DNA from: an uncultured Chloroflexia bacterium
Lineage (GTDB): Bacteria; Chloroflexota; Limnocylindria; QHBO01
Direction: 5' to 3'
Length of the DNA: 64,000 nt
Assembly: GCA_963838125.1 (NCBI GenBank)
Contig: CAWIPT010000005.1
Span: 12,164-76,163 of the forward strand
Shown here: in pieces, positions 55,508 to 64,000 of the stretch
How the letters are laid out: every line of letters starts with the position of its first letter
Numbering within the stretch: the first letter of the stretch is position 1
Position numbers and translations under genes: made by a program
The notes under the pieces: model-generated
What the model was told of the DNA's origin: nothing
Databases searched by the model: none
What the model saw: the letters and a program-made list of their open reading frames with translations, nothing else

Positions 55508-56422
55508 TCAGGCTGAAGTGAGCAGGGCGGCGATCTCCCGGGCGTTGGTGGTGCCGTAGTTGGCGAAGCAGTTGTTCATGAGCAGGTGGAGCTCCTTCGC
55601 GTCGGACGCCGCCTCCCGGATGCGCGGCTCCCACTCACCCAGCTCCTTCTGGTCGTAGAGGTAGCGGAACCGCTCCACGACCGGGATGCCGCGCGCCTCC
55701 CAGGTCTCCGTCCGCCGGCCGTGGAAGCGGACGACGGCCAGGTTGGGCGAGGTGACCGCCACCATCGGCGGCAGCGAGGACTTCATGCCCTGCGGCTCGT
55801 CGACCATGACCAGCGCGATCCCGTGCTTCTCGAGGAACTCCAGCGTCCGACCCACGTTCTTGTCGTTCAGCCACGAGCCGTGGCGGAACTCGACCGCCAG
55901 GTCGATATCCCCCAGCCGCTCCTTGGCCTCGAGGATCGCCTCGCGGCTCTCGTTGGAGGGGAAGACCCAGCGCGGGTACTGGAGGAAGACGGCGCCCAGC
56001 TTGCCGGCCGAGTAGAGCGGCATGATCCCGTCCCGAAACGCAGCCCAGATCGCATCCTTGATCTCGGCCGGCAGGTCCTTGGCGTACACCCGCTTCTTGT
56101 CCAGCAGCTCGAGGGGCAGCTCCTCGCGAATCTCCTTCGGCAGGCGCTTGACCTCCGACGGTTGCGCGCTCATGAGGGCGTGGGCCTTGATGTCGAAGCG
56201 GAAGTCGGGCGGCGTCCGCTCCATCCACGCCTCCCCCATCCGGCGGGTCGGCAGGGCGTAGTAGGTGGCGTCGACCTCGACCACCGGGAACTGGGTCGCG
56301 TAGAAGCGCAGTCGTTCCTCTGGGGTGTCGGCATCGGCCGGGTAGAACACACCCGCCGCGGTCATGGTCGGATCGGTCCAGGATGCGGTCCCAACCCGGA
56401 CGGACGCCTGACCGATCTTCAT
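55508..56422 (-). CDS. DUF72-family protein
   Basis: Start MKIGQASVRVGTASWTD. FYATQFPVVEVDATYY, DFRFDIKAH and LGAVFLQYP are DUF72 hallmarks. The rest of ORF 55508..57193 is read-through over other genes. Confidence 0.8.
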   Translation of the reverse strand: MKIGQASVRVGTASWTDPTMTAAGVFYPADADTPEERLRFYATQFPVVEVDATYYALPTRRMGEAWMERTPPDFRFDIKAHALMSAQPSEVKRLPKEIREELPLELLDKKRVYAKDLPAEIKDAIWAAFRDGIMPLYSAGKLGAVFLQYPRWVFPSNESREAILEAKERLGDIDLAVEFRHGSWLNDKNVGRTLEFLEKHGIALVMVDEPQGMKSSLPPMVAVTSPNLAVVRFHGRRTETWEARGIPVVERFRYLYDQKELGEWEPRIREAASDAKELHLLMNNCFANYGTTNAREIAALLTSA

Positions 56423-56535
56423 CGGCTCGGCCGCCGCATCGGCGACCTTCTTGGCCCGCCGGTTCGCCGCCTCCGGCCCCGGATCGTGCCCGGTTGCTTC
56501 GCTGCCATGGACCGATTGTCGCCGGTCAGGCGGGA

Positions 56536-57021
56536 CTAGGCGGGGACGCCCTCGTAGGCCTCGCGCAGCTGCTCGATGTCGAGCTTGGTCATCTGGAGCA
56601 TGGCCTCCATCGTGCGCTTGGCTGCTGCTCGATCCGGCGACTCCACCCACTCGTTGAGCTGCTTCGGGGTGACCTGCCAGGACAGGCCATATCGGTCCTT
56701 CAGCCAGCCGCAGACGCTGTGCTCGCCGCCGTCCTTGACCAGGACCTCCCAGTAGCCGTCCACCTCGATCTGGTCTTCGCACTCGATGCTGAACGACACC
56801 GACTCGTTGAACTTGAAGTCCGGCCCACCATTCAGACCGATGAACGGCTGCCCGGCCAGGGTGAACTCCACGGTGATCACCATTCCCTCCGGGCCGGAGG
56901 GGGTGTCCGCGGGCGAGCGCACGACCTTGGTGATCTTGCTGTCGGGAAAGACCGATGTGTAGAACTGGGCTGCTTCTTCCGCGGTTCCGTCGAACCACAG
57001 GCATGGCGTGATCTTGTTCAC
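56536..57021 (-). CDS. VOC-family protein (PhnB/YjdN, 3-demethylubiquinone-9 3-methyltransferase-domain type)
   Basis: MNKITPCLWFDGTAEEAAQFYTSVFPDSKI ... CGWLKDRYGLSWQV is the PF06983-type signature. Confidence 0.8.
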   Translation of the reverse strand: MNKITPCLWFDGTAEEAAQFYTSVFPDSKITKVVRSPADTPSGPEGMVITVEFTLAGQPFIGLNGGPDFKFNESVSFSIECEDQIEVDGYWEVLVKDGGEHSVCGWLKDRYGLSWQVTPKQLNEWVESPDRAAAKRTMEAMLQMTKLDIEQLREAYEGVPA

Positions 57022-57108
57022 GATATCGACCTCCGAATCTGTGCTCGGACGGGTCCGACCACCCTAGCACCGGCCCTCCAGACCCACAAACCGCTACCCT
57101 CCGCCAGC

Positions 57109-57984
57109 ATGAATGCGCGCCGATGTCGACTCCTCGCAGTGCCGGCGGCATTGGTGCTCCTGCTGGCTGGCTGCGGATCCGGCTCCACGCCACCGAGCAC
57201 CGTCCCGAGCGCGGCGCCTGCTGCGAGTGAGCCTCCGACGGCCGCGAGCTCGCCGATCTCAGACCTGGACCAGCTATCGGCCACGTTCGACATCGGTGAC
57301 GGTCGCGAGCTGTACCTGCGCTGCAGCGGCACCGGCTCTCCCACCATCCTGCTCGAGGCCGGCGACGAGGACGGCGTCTCAGCCTGGAGCTTCGTCATCC
57401 CCGGGCTCATGACCGAGACGCGGACCTGTGCCTACGATCGAGCGGGAAATGGCCAGAGCGATCCCGCCACCGGATGCCGGGGACTCGACGACCTGCTCGG
57501 CGACCTCGAAGCGCTCCTCCAGGCCGCGGAGATCGACGGACCGTACGTCCTCGTCGGAGCCTCGGGCGGCGGGTTCCTGATGGCCGGCTACGCGGCCCGT
57601 CACCCCGAGGACGTCGCCGGGCTCGTCCTGGTCGAGACGCCGAAAGCTCTCACGGCCGAGGCCTACCCGGAGATCGTTCCGCTGATCAAATGTGACGCGC
57701 CATCCAACATCGAGCGACGCGACTATCTCGCGATCGAGCACGCGGTGTGGGACAACCGGGCCGAGATCGGCGACTTCCCGATGGCGATCATCTCGTACGA
57801 ATACACGAATCCGCCGGGGCCGGACGAGGAGACCAACGTCGAGGACCAGCAAGGCTGGCTGATCCTGACCCCGAACTCGACCCAGACAATCGTCACCACC
57901 GGCCACGATGTGCCCAACAACGAGCCGCAGCTGGTCATCGACGAGATCCTGGCCGTCCTCGGGGCCGCACGCCAGAGCCATTGA
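57109..57984 (+). CDS. Alpha/beta-hydrolase lipoprotein
   Basis: Lipobox VLLLAGCGS, then ILLEAGDEDG and the nucleophile elbow LVGASGGGF. 291 aa. Confidence 0.7.
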   Translation: MNARRCRLLAVPAALVLLLAGCGSGSTPPSTVPSAAPAASEPPTAASSPISDLDQLSATFDIGDGRELYLRCSGTGSPTILLEAGDEDGVSAWSFVIPGLMTETRTCAYDRAGNGQSDPATGCRGLDDLLGDLEALLQAAEIDGPYVLVGASGGGFLMAGYAARHPEDVAGLVLVETPKALTAEAYPEIVPLIKCDAPSNIERRDYLAIEHAVWDNRAEIGDFPMAIISYEYTNPPGPDEETNVEDQQGWLILTPNSTQTIVTTGHDVPNNEPQLVIDEILAVLGAARQSH

Positions 57985-59204
57985 GTTACGACCTCCACAT
58001 CTACAGCAAGCGGCAGCCCAAGGCGTCGGACCTGGACGCCTTCCTCTCGACGCATTCGGATGGCACCGCCGAAGGCCGGTTCAAGCGCGACAGCCTGGTC
58101 CTGCTGACAGCCGCCGATGGCGTCCACGCTGAGATAGACGGACCGAGCCGCGTCGAGGCCGAGGACCTTCCCGATGCGGCCAACGGCGCCATCGGCGCAT
58201 CCGGCTGGCTCGTCCAGATCTCCGTCAAGCCATCGACAGAGGCGACCTGGCCGATGGACCTGGCCATCCACCTGGCCCGCGCGGCAGACGGCGTCCTCTA
58301 CGACCCCCAGGAGGATCGCGTCGCCTGGCCAAAGGGCTTCAAGCCACGCGATCCGGTCTCGGGCGAGGAGAGGATCACCGAGGTCGAGCTCGACTGGTTC
58401 ACCGCCTGGTCATCAACGGATCCGGACCTGCCGCGCCGGTTCCTGGACCTGGTCAGAGACCATGCTCCGGAGGCTCTGCCGACGCGATATGGAGGTTACG
58501 AGCCACTCCCCTTCCGCTTCGCCGGCGAGCACGCGCAGGAGGAATTCGTCACCCACTGGCTGGAAGAAGGCTCGAGCTGGACGCCGGGGCTGTCCTGGAA
58601 CGCGACGCGCCCGTCGTTTGGCGGCTCGAGCAGGATGTCGACCCAGCTCGACCCGGACCAACCGCGACCCGGTAGGCCGATATCGAGGTTCCGCCTGAGC
58701 TTCGACGGTCGCGCCTTCTCCCGAGACCCTGCTTTCACCGAGCGAATGATTGGGCTCTTCACGTCCATCGCCGGCGGACTCGACTGTGTCTACGCGGCCG
58801 GAGTGGTCCACCGCGACGTGCTCCTCAAGCGCGGACGCGAGTGGTCGGACCATCAGACCGAGTGGGGGCCGATTCCTCGCGCTGACCGATGGATTGGCCT
58901 CCCCGCTGGTCCGACCTGGCTGGCCTGGTTCGGCACTCCCTACGTCGAGCTCGTGCGGTCCAGTGTTGCGCAGCACATCACCAGTGAGACCGATAACGGA
59001 ATTGTTCTGCGCCTGGGCGAGGAACCGATGGATGCCGACCAACTGTCCGATGCCTTCCCGCCGCTGCCTTTGCCCCTGATCGCCCATCGCATGAACAAGC
59101 CGCCGGCATGGGAGACAGGCATCCGTTACACGATGACCTACGGTCCCCCGTCCCAACCCGCACAGGAGATCCCCGATCTGCCGCGTGAAGCTCCACCCGC
59201 GTGA
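57981..59204 (+). CDS. Hypothetical protein (407 aa, no recognisable domain)
   Basis: TTG start overlapping the hydrolase stop (ATTGA) gives LSYDLHIYSKRQPKASDLDAFL.... Coding-like third-position G/C bias throughout. The 5' part of ORF 57747..59204 overlaps the previous gene. Confidence 0.5.
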   Translation: MSYDLHIYSKRQPKASDLDAFLSTHSDGTAEGRFKRDSLVLLTAADGVHAEIDGPSRVEAEDLPDAANGAIGASGWLVQISVKPSTEATWPMDLAIHLARAADGVLYDPQEDRVAWPKGFKPRDPVSGEERITEVELDWFTAWSSTDPDLPRRFLDLVRDHAPEALPTRYGGYEPLPFRFAGEHAQEEFVTHWLEEGSSWTPGLSWNATRPSFGGSSRMSTQLDPDQPRPGRPISRFRLSFDGRAFSRDPAFTERMIGLFTSIAGGLDCVYAAGVVHRDVLLKRGREWSDHQTEWGPIPRADRWIGLPAGPTWLAWFGTPYVELVRSSVAQHITSETDNGIVLRLGEEPMDADQLSDAFPPLPLPLIAHRMNKPPAWETGIRYTMTYGPPSQPAQEIPDLPREAPPA

Positions 59205-59278
59205 AGGCTTGACCTCGCAGCGCACGATACCGATGAGCCGACTCACGCGGTCGACATTCCAAATCCAAGGAGACTGAT

Positions 59279-59377
59279 ATGGGCGACAAGGGACCTGGCT
59301 CGAAGAGCAAGACGAAGAAGAAGGGCACCAAGGCCGGGGCCAAGAAGAAGCAGACTCCAGCGCCGCCTCGCACCTGA
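59279..59377 (+). CDS. Small lysine-rich protein (32 aa), below the ORF-track cutoff
   Basis: ATG preceded by AAGGAG at 8-nt spacing. MGDKGPGSKSKTKKKGTKAGAKKKQTPAPPRT*. The next gene starts 17 nt after its stop. Confidence 0.45.
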   Translation: MGDKGPGSKSKTKKKGTKAGAKKKQTPAPPRT

Positions 59378-59394
59378 GGCCACATCCTGTAGAT

Positions 59395-59985
59395 GTGCCG
59401 GATCCTCTCGAGGCGGTCTTTCGTCTGGAGGAGAGACTGTCAGGCGGCGAGCGGATCGGCTTCTTCGTGCGAGTCCGTGCCGACGGGAAGTTAACGGCCG
59501 ACCTCGCGGGGAACGTGGAGCTTCGGCCGTCCGGTGAGGCAAGGATCGACCTCCAGGGCGACCTGGGCTCCGTTCCCGCCAAGGTGGTTTCGTCGGAATC
59601 CGGTCGTCAGCTGACCGTGGAGTCCGGGGATCGCGACGTGGTCATCGATGCGCCCCGGCCCTTCCGCGCTCTCCTGGCAACAGGGTTCGTTCGAGTCGGC
59701 GTACTGGACACGATCGTTCGCCTCCTCGGAGGCAACCTTCCCAAGGACGCGGACGGCTTGCGCCGGGATACGACATTACGGGCGATCGCGGACATCGATG
59801 CCGAGCCGTCGCGGCCCGACCTCATGGACTGCACCGGCCACGCCTTCTCCGTGCATCAGGACCGCGGATTCGAAATCGCGACGGCCACCTTGTGGATCGA
59901 GCGAGAGAGCGGCCTTCCCCGTGAGCGCTCGCAATCGATGCGCCTGATCCAGGCGTCCTCGACCGAGCAGTACTGGGGCTTCTAG
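59395..59985 (+). CDS. Hypothetical protein (196 aa)
   Basis: GTG-start ORF with coding-like composition. No recognisable domain. Confidence 0.45.
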   Translation: MPDPLEAVFRLEERLSGGERIGFFVRVRADGKLTADLAGNVELRPSGEARIDLQGDLGSVPAKVVSSESGRQLTVESGDRDVVIDAPRPFRALLATGFVRVGVLDTIVRLLGGNLPKDADGLRRDTTLRAIADIDAEPSRPDLMDCTGHAFSVHQDRGFEIATATLWIERESGLPRERSQSMRLIQASSTEQYWGF

Positions 59986-60001
59986 GAGGCGGACGAGAGC
60001 C

Positions 60002-60460
60002 CTAGCGGCGGCGCAGGCGCACGACGGGGATCTCGCGGTCGGTCTGGGATCGGTACTTGGGGAACTCCGGCGCTTCCCGCCCAATGCGCTCCCACGCCGC
60101 GGCCAGGTCGTCTCCCTCCAGGGTCTCGGCGCGAACGTCGACACGACGGCCGTCCTTGAACTGAATCGAGACGTCCGGCTGGGCGGCGAGGTTGTAGAGC
60201 CAGGACGGATGCCGGCGCGCCCCGGCCAGGGCCGCGATGACGAGCCACGCGTCATCGCCTTCGGCGAGGTAACCAAGGACCGATTGGCGAAGCTGGCCGG
60301 ACTTCGATCCCACCGTCTCCAGCATGAGGGTATCGATCCCGCCACGGGTCCGCCCACGGCCCTTGCGAAACTGCCTGAGCATCATCCGGTTGCCGAAGCG
60401 CAGGCCCAACCGCGGGTACCGCGGGCCCCGCGTGCCTCTGGGGGGAACCTTGACCGACAT
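60002..60460 (-). CDS. Nitroreductase-family deazaflavin (F420H2)-dependent oxidoreductase (DUF385/FDOR-A)
   Basis: LMLETVGSKSGQLRQSVLGY..WLVIAALAGARRHPSWLYNLAAQPDVSIQ is the DUF385 signature. Confidence 0.8.
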   Translation of the reverse strand: MSVKVPPRGTRGPRYPRLGLRFGNRMMLRQFRKGRGRTRGGIDTLMLETVGSKSGQLRQSVLGYLAEGDDAWLVIAALAGARRHPSWLYNLAAQPDVSIQFKDGRRVDVRAETLEGDDLAAAWERIGREAPEFPKYRSQTDREIPVVRLRRR

Positions 60461-60563
60461 ACGCTCAGCCTACCGGACGCTGCCGCGCGTCGCCGCTCCG
60501 GGACCACCCCTGTCGGCGATTGATCCCGCGCAGTACGCTTCCACTCGAATACCAGGTGAGGAA

Positions 60564-62555
60564 ATGACGGAACTCGCCACCGCGCCGTTGACAGCTGCCC
60601 GTGATGCAATGGCGGCACATGCCTGGGAAGAGGCACGCACCCACTTCATCGCGGCCCAGGAGGCGTCAGCACTCGAACCGGTCGACCTGGAGCTGCTGGC
60701 CGCGGCCCATTTCTGGACAGGTCATCCAGAGGACGAGCTCGACGCGCTCGAACGTGCCTACGCCCAGTACGCCCGCGACGACCAGAAAGCCCAGGCGGCG
60801 AGCGTGGCACTCCGACTGTTCGAGTCCAGCCTCCGTCGGCTGGCCATCCCGGTGGCGATGGGATGGCTGGGCCGTGCCGAGAAGCTGCTGGCGGATACGC
60901 CCCCGTCGGCGGTCAATGCCTGGTCGCACATGGTCCGGGCCTTCGGTCAGATGGTCGGCGGGGATGCGCAGGGCGCGCTCGCGGAAGCAGAAAGTGCGAT
61001 CGAACTCGCCCGGAGATACGGGGACCGCGATGCGGAGGCATTGGCCCTGAACATCAAAGGCATTTCCCTCGTCAAGACCGGAGCCGTCCAGGAGGGCTTG
61101 GCCCTCGTGGATGAGTCCACGAGCGCGGCCACCGCCGGGGAGCTGGCGCCGTGGGCAACCGCGAACGTGTACTGCGGGACCATGGGTGTCTGCCGCGAAC
61201 TGTCGGACTGGGAGCGGGCAGGCTCGTGGACCGAGGCGGCCGACCGGGAGATGCGCCGTCAGCAGATCAGCGGCTATCCCGGTGTGTGCAGGGTCCACCG
61301 CGCCGAAGTGAAGCGAGTGCGCGGCGACTGGCCGGGGGCGGAGAAGGAAGCCCAAGCGGCTTGCGATGAGCTGGAGCGATACAACCTGCTGTATGACCTC
61401 GGATGGGCGAACTATGAGCTCGGCGAGGTCCGCCGGCAGATGGGCGACTACGCCGGAGCCGAAGCAGCCTATCTGAAGGCACATGAACACGGGCGCGACC
61501 CGGAGCCCGGCCTCGCACTCCTGCGCATGGCAACCGGCGATCAGGCAGGGGCATCCTCGGCAATCCGACGGGCTCTCCAGGTAACGGAGGAGTCGACCCA
61601 GCACACCGGCGACGACCCTCGCGAACCGCTCGGCCGGAGCCATCTCTTGCCGGCCCAGGTCCGCATCGCGATCGCCGAAAAGGACCTCGAGACGGCCGAG
61701 AGCGCGGCCACGGAGCTCGAAGCGATCGCCGATCGGTACGGATCAACGGCCATCCGCGCCTCCGCGGCAAGCGCGCGCGGGGCGGTCCTCCTGGCGCAGG
61801 GAGACATTCCGCTCGCGACGGATGCGTTGATCCGAGGCCGGCATCTGTGGCAAGTCGTCGGTGCGCCGTACGAGGTCGCCAGGGTCCGGGAGGATCTCGC
61901 GGCGGCCTATCGGGCCACCGGCCAGGATACCGATGCCCTCATGGAGCTCGAAGCTGCCCGGTCGACCTACGAGCGCCTCGGCGCGGCCCCCGACCTGCGA
62001 AGCATCGAGCTCGAGCTACAGCGGCATGCTTCCGGCCCCTCCGCGGGTGGGACCCGGCTCACCAAGACCTTCATGTTCACCGACATCGTGACCTCCACCG
62101 ACCTGCTCGAGGCACTTGGTGACCAGGCGTGGGAGAACCTGATCGGATGGCACGACGTCACCCTCCGTCAGCTCTTCGCGAAGCATCACGGCGAAGAGGT
62201 CAGCCACACCGGCGACGGCTTCTTCGTCGCGTTTGACAATCCGCGGAGCGCGCTCGACGCGGCAGTGGACATCCACCGCACATTGGCCACCCACCGCCGG
62301 GAGCATGGGTTCGCGCCGTGGCTTCGCATTGGCCTCCACACGGCGGAGGTCAGCCGCGTCGCCGACAACTACCGCGGGCTGGGCGTCCACGTTGCCGCGC
62401 GGGTCAGCGCCCTCGGCGAACGCGACGAGATCATCGCGTCGACCACGACCTGGGAGGCCGCCGGAGCGACCCCCTACCAGGCTTCGGAGCCGCGCACGGT
62501 CAAGCTGAAAGGCGTGAAGGGCCAGGTCGACGTCGTGACCGTGGGCTGGAGCTAG
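60564..62555 (+). CDS. TPR-like helical-repeat protein with C-terminal class III adenylate/guanylate cyclase domain
   Basis: Start MTELATAPL at 60564. About 480 aa of helical repeats, then KTFMFTDIVTSTDL, HTGDGFFVAFD, LRIGLHTAEV and GLGVHVAARV. The 5' part of ORF 60324..62555 is antisense to the FDOR gene. Confidence 0.8.
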   Translation: MTELATAPLTAARDAMAAHAWEEARTHFIAAQEASALEPVDLELLAAAHFWTGHPEDELDALERAYAQYARDDQKAQAASVALRLFESSLRRLAIPVAMGWLGRAEKLLADTPPSAVNAWSHMVRAFGQMVGGDAQGALAEAESAIELARRYGDRDAEALALNIKGISLVKTGAVQEGLALVDESTSAATAGELAPWATANVYCGTMGVCRELSDWERAGSWTEAADREMRRQQISGYPGVCRVHRAEVKRVRGDWPGAEKEAQAACDELERYNLLYDLGWANYELGEVRRQMGDYAGAEAAYLKAHEHGRDPEPGLALLRMATGDQAGASSAIRRALQVTEESTQHTGDDPREPLGRSHLLPAQVRIAIAEKDLETAESAATELEAIADRYGSTAIRASAASARGAVLLAQGDIPLATDALIRGRHLWQVVGAPYEVARVREDLAAAYRATGQDTDALMELEAARSTYERLGAAPDLRSIELELQRHASGPSAGGTRLTKTFMFTDIVTSTDLLEALGDQAWENLIGWHDVTLRQLFAKHHGEEVSHTGDGFFVAFDNPRSALDAAVDIHRTLATHRREHGFAPWLRIGLHTAEVSRVADNYRGLGVHVAARVSALGERDEIIASTTTWEAAGATPYQASEPRTVKLKGVKGQVDVVTVGWS

Positions 62556-63199
62556 GAGACCTCCGAAAGGTCCAGGACACGGCCCGAGACGTCGCCGACG
62601 TCGGCATAGGACTCCAGGTGGGCGATCCCCACATCCCTGAGTCCCAACCGGACGGCTGCAGCATCGGTCAGGTGCAGGTAATGGCGGTGTCCCACCTCGT
62701 CGGCCACCGAGCTCTTCAGCATCCGATGGACGAGGTTGACCGCGGAGCCCATGAGCTCAGGCTGGCGCTGCACGACCTGGCTGATGTAGGGACCCTCGTG
62801 CAGGGCCATCTTGAGATCGAGGTTGTTGACCAGCATGCAGGCGGAGCATTCGTGCGGGATCCGGGCCGGATCGGCCTCCGTGCGCGCCTCGACGAACCGG
62901 CGATAGGTCTCCCGCAAGATCGCGAGCACCTCGGCTCCCCGCCCATCGAGATCGCCGACCGGCGCAACCGCGAACACCGCATCCCCCTCGAATTTGGCCA
63001 CCTCGAACGGGCCGCCCAGGCCGTCCACCACCGAATCCAGCAACGTGCCGATCAGCGCAAACGCCGGCGGAATGCCCTCCGAGAAATCGACCCCGTGAGT
63101 CTCACCCACGTTCTCCATGAACCCGGTGAAGCCCGAGATGTCGGCCAGCAGGAGATACCCCTCCTGGGCGCTGGTGACGTGCGGAGCGACGGACGCCAT
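62552..63199 (-). CDS. DUF2652-family protein (class III cyclase-like fold)
   Basis: GYLLLADISGFTGFM, KFEGDAVFA and the later GSAVNLVHRMLK match the DUF2652 pattern. Its stop codon overlaps the convergent cyclase stop within CTAG (62552-62555). Confidence 0.7.
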   Translation of the reverse strand: MASVAPHVTSAQEGYLLLADISGFTGFMENVGETHGVDFSEGIPPAFALIGTLLDSVVDGLGGPFEVAKFEGDAVFAVAPVGDLDGRGAEVLAILRETYRRFVEARTEADPARIPHECSACMLVNNLDLKMALHEGPYISQVVQRQPELMGSAVNLVHRMLKSSVADEVGHRHYLHLTDAAAVRLGLRDVGIAHLESYADVGDVSGRVLDLSEVS

Positions 63200-63211
63200 G
63201 TGCGACCGATT

Positions 63212-63655
63212 CTAGCCCGCGACTGGGAGGGCCTGGCCCTCGGACCATGTGGCCAAGACGATCTCGGCGTCGGCAGGGTGCATGCGATAGCCCTCCGCCG
63301 CGGCATCCCAGATCAGGAGATCGCGGCGCGCAACGCGACGCATGACCTTGTTCGGACCGGCCACGATCCCGGCGAAGGCGGTCCCGGTGCTCTTCCCGTA
63401 CCGCTCGCGCAGGGATTCGTCGAGGATGAGAACACCGCCGTTCAGCGCGAGCTCGGCGACCTCCCGCACCAGCCGACGGCTGTCCACCCCCCGGATGCCG
63501 TTCAGCACCTCCAGCAGCTGGCGACGACGGGCCTCCGTTTCGTCGCCTGCGTCATCGGGTTGATCGGCGCGCATCTGCTGAGGCCCCATCACCCATCGCC
63601 AGGCGAGCGCAACCAACTCGTCTTCCGTATCGGCCTCGAACTCGACTCGTGGCAC
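63212..63655 (-). CDS. Hypothetical protein (147 aa)
   Basis: ORF 12 nt upstream of the DUF2652 gene on the same strand. No recognisable domain. Confidence 0.4.
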   Translation of the reverse strand: MPRVEFEADTEDELVALAWRWVMGPQQMRADQPDDAGDETEARRRQLLEVLNGIRGVDSRRLVREVAELALNGGVLILDESLRERYGKSTGTAFAGIVAGPNKVMRRVARRDLLIWDAAAEGYRMHPADAEIVLATWSEGQALPVAG

Positions 63656-63835
63656 CTGTATCTCCCTGTAACGGCCTGTGTCAGATCTGAAACGAGCCTA
63701 TCACAAGAGAAGTGTGCTACACTGCCCGTCAACGGCTGTAAAAGCTGCGAACCGTCTGATCTCCTGGCCTTCGTAAAGAAGTCGGTCACGAGCGATTCCG
63801 CTTCGTATCGACCGCCGAACCCCAAGGAGAACAAC

Positions 63836-64000
63836 GTGAAGCACATTCGAATCGCCACCTACGACCTGACCAAGGGCAGCTTCCATGAGGTTGCCGGCCT
63901 GGACAAGGACGGCATGCTCCCCCGCATCTCGAAGGAGCCTGGCTTCATCGAGTACGGAGTTGCCGACCTGGGCAACAACAAGCTTGCCTCCATCTCGATC
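63836..64000 (+). CDS. Hypothetical protein, 5' partial at window edge (possibly ABM/dimeric alpha-beta-barrel-like)
   Basis: GTG 63836 preceded by AAGGAGA. VKHIRIATYDLTKGSFHEVAGL...PGFIEYGVADLGNNKLASISI runs off the window. Confidence 0.4.
   Translation, partial: MKHIRIATYDLTKGSFHEVAGLDKDGMLPRISKEPGFIEYGVADLGNNKLASISI

Noticed and set aside
56383-57108. 5' portions of ORF 56383..57984 (+) and ORF 55508..57193 (-) suggesting much longer proteins
   Set aside because: These are read-through across neighbouring genes (DUF72 and the PhnB-like VOC protein). The real starts are set by a lipobox signal (57109) and the DUF72 N-terminus (56422).
1-64000. Mobile elements, prophage, integrative islands or defence systems
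   Set aside because: There are no transposase, integrase, recombinase, phage structural, restriction-modification, toxin-antitoxin or cas-like genes. There are no flanking tRNA or att-like long repeats, and composition is uniform apart from short promoter-like AT-richer spacers.

Overview
GC-rich chromosomal window, roughly two-thirds G+C by eye, with strong G/C bias at third codon positions. It looks like a Gram-positive-type soil or freshwater lineage, either Actinomycetota or Chloroflexota. Several F420/deazaflavin-type enzymes and a T-box leader support that placement. I resolve about 78 genes, packed on both strands. I found no rRNA, tRNA, CRISPR array, transposase, integrase or prophage signature. 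Content is mostly housekeeping and accessory metabolism and signalling: oxidoreductases, hydrolases, methyltransferases, an ABC-2 exporter, an MFS exporter, a cation/H+ antiporter, two secreted S8 peptidases, an HtrA-like protease, a Ser/Thr kinase, an ECF sigma/anti-sigma pair, and two class III cyclases plus a DUF2652 cyclase-like protein.

Main points:
1. A tryptophan-specific T-box leader lies upstream of a stand-alone trpB2.
2. An operon pairs a cNMP-binding histidine kinase with a response regulator fused to a thioredoxin-reductase-like flavoprotein that has no CxxC.
3. A roughly 1,400-aa S8 peptidase carries five near-identical 300-bp FN3 repeats and a duplicated, unassigned ~215-aa domain. 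It is split in the ORF track by one extra base.
4. At least 21 single-base frameshifts interrupt otherwise well-conserved genes, and they cluster at 13.8-17.6 kb and 46.0-49.3 kb. The six-frame ORF track therefore cannot be taken at face value. Many long ORFs in it are antisense or out-of-frame shadows of real genes.
5. msrA and a convergent Vps62-like gene both lose their 3' ends at about 19,320.

I did not find a clear-cut new multi-gene system such as a defence island or biosynthetic cluster. The candidates above are the most unusual things I can support from sequence alone.
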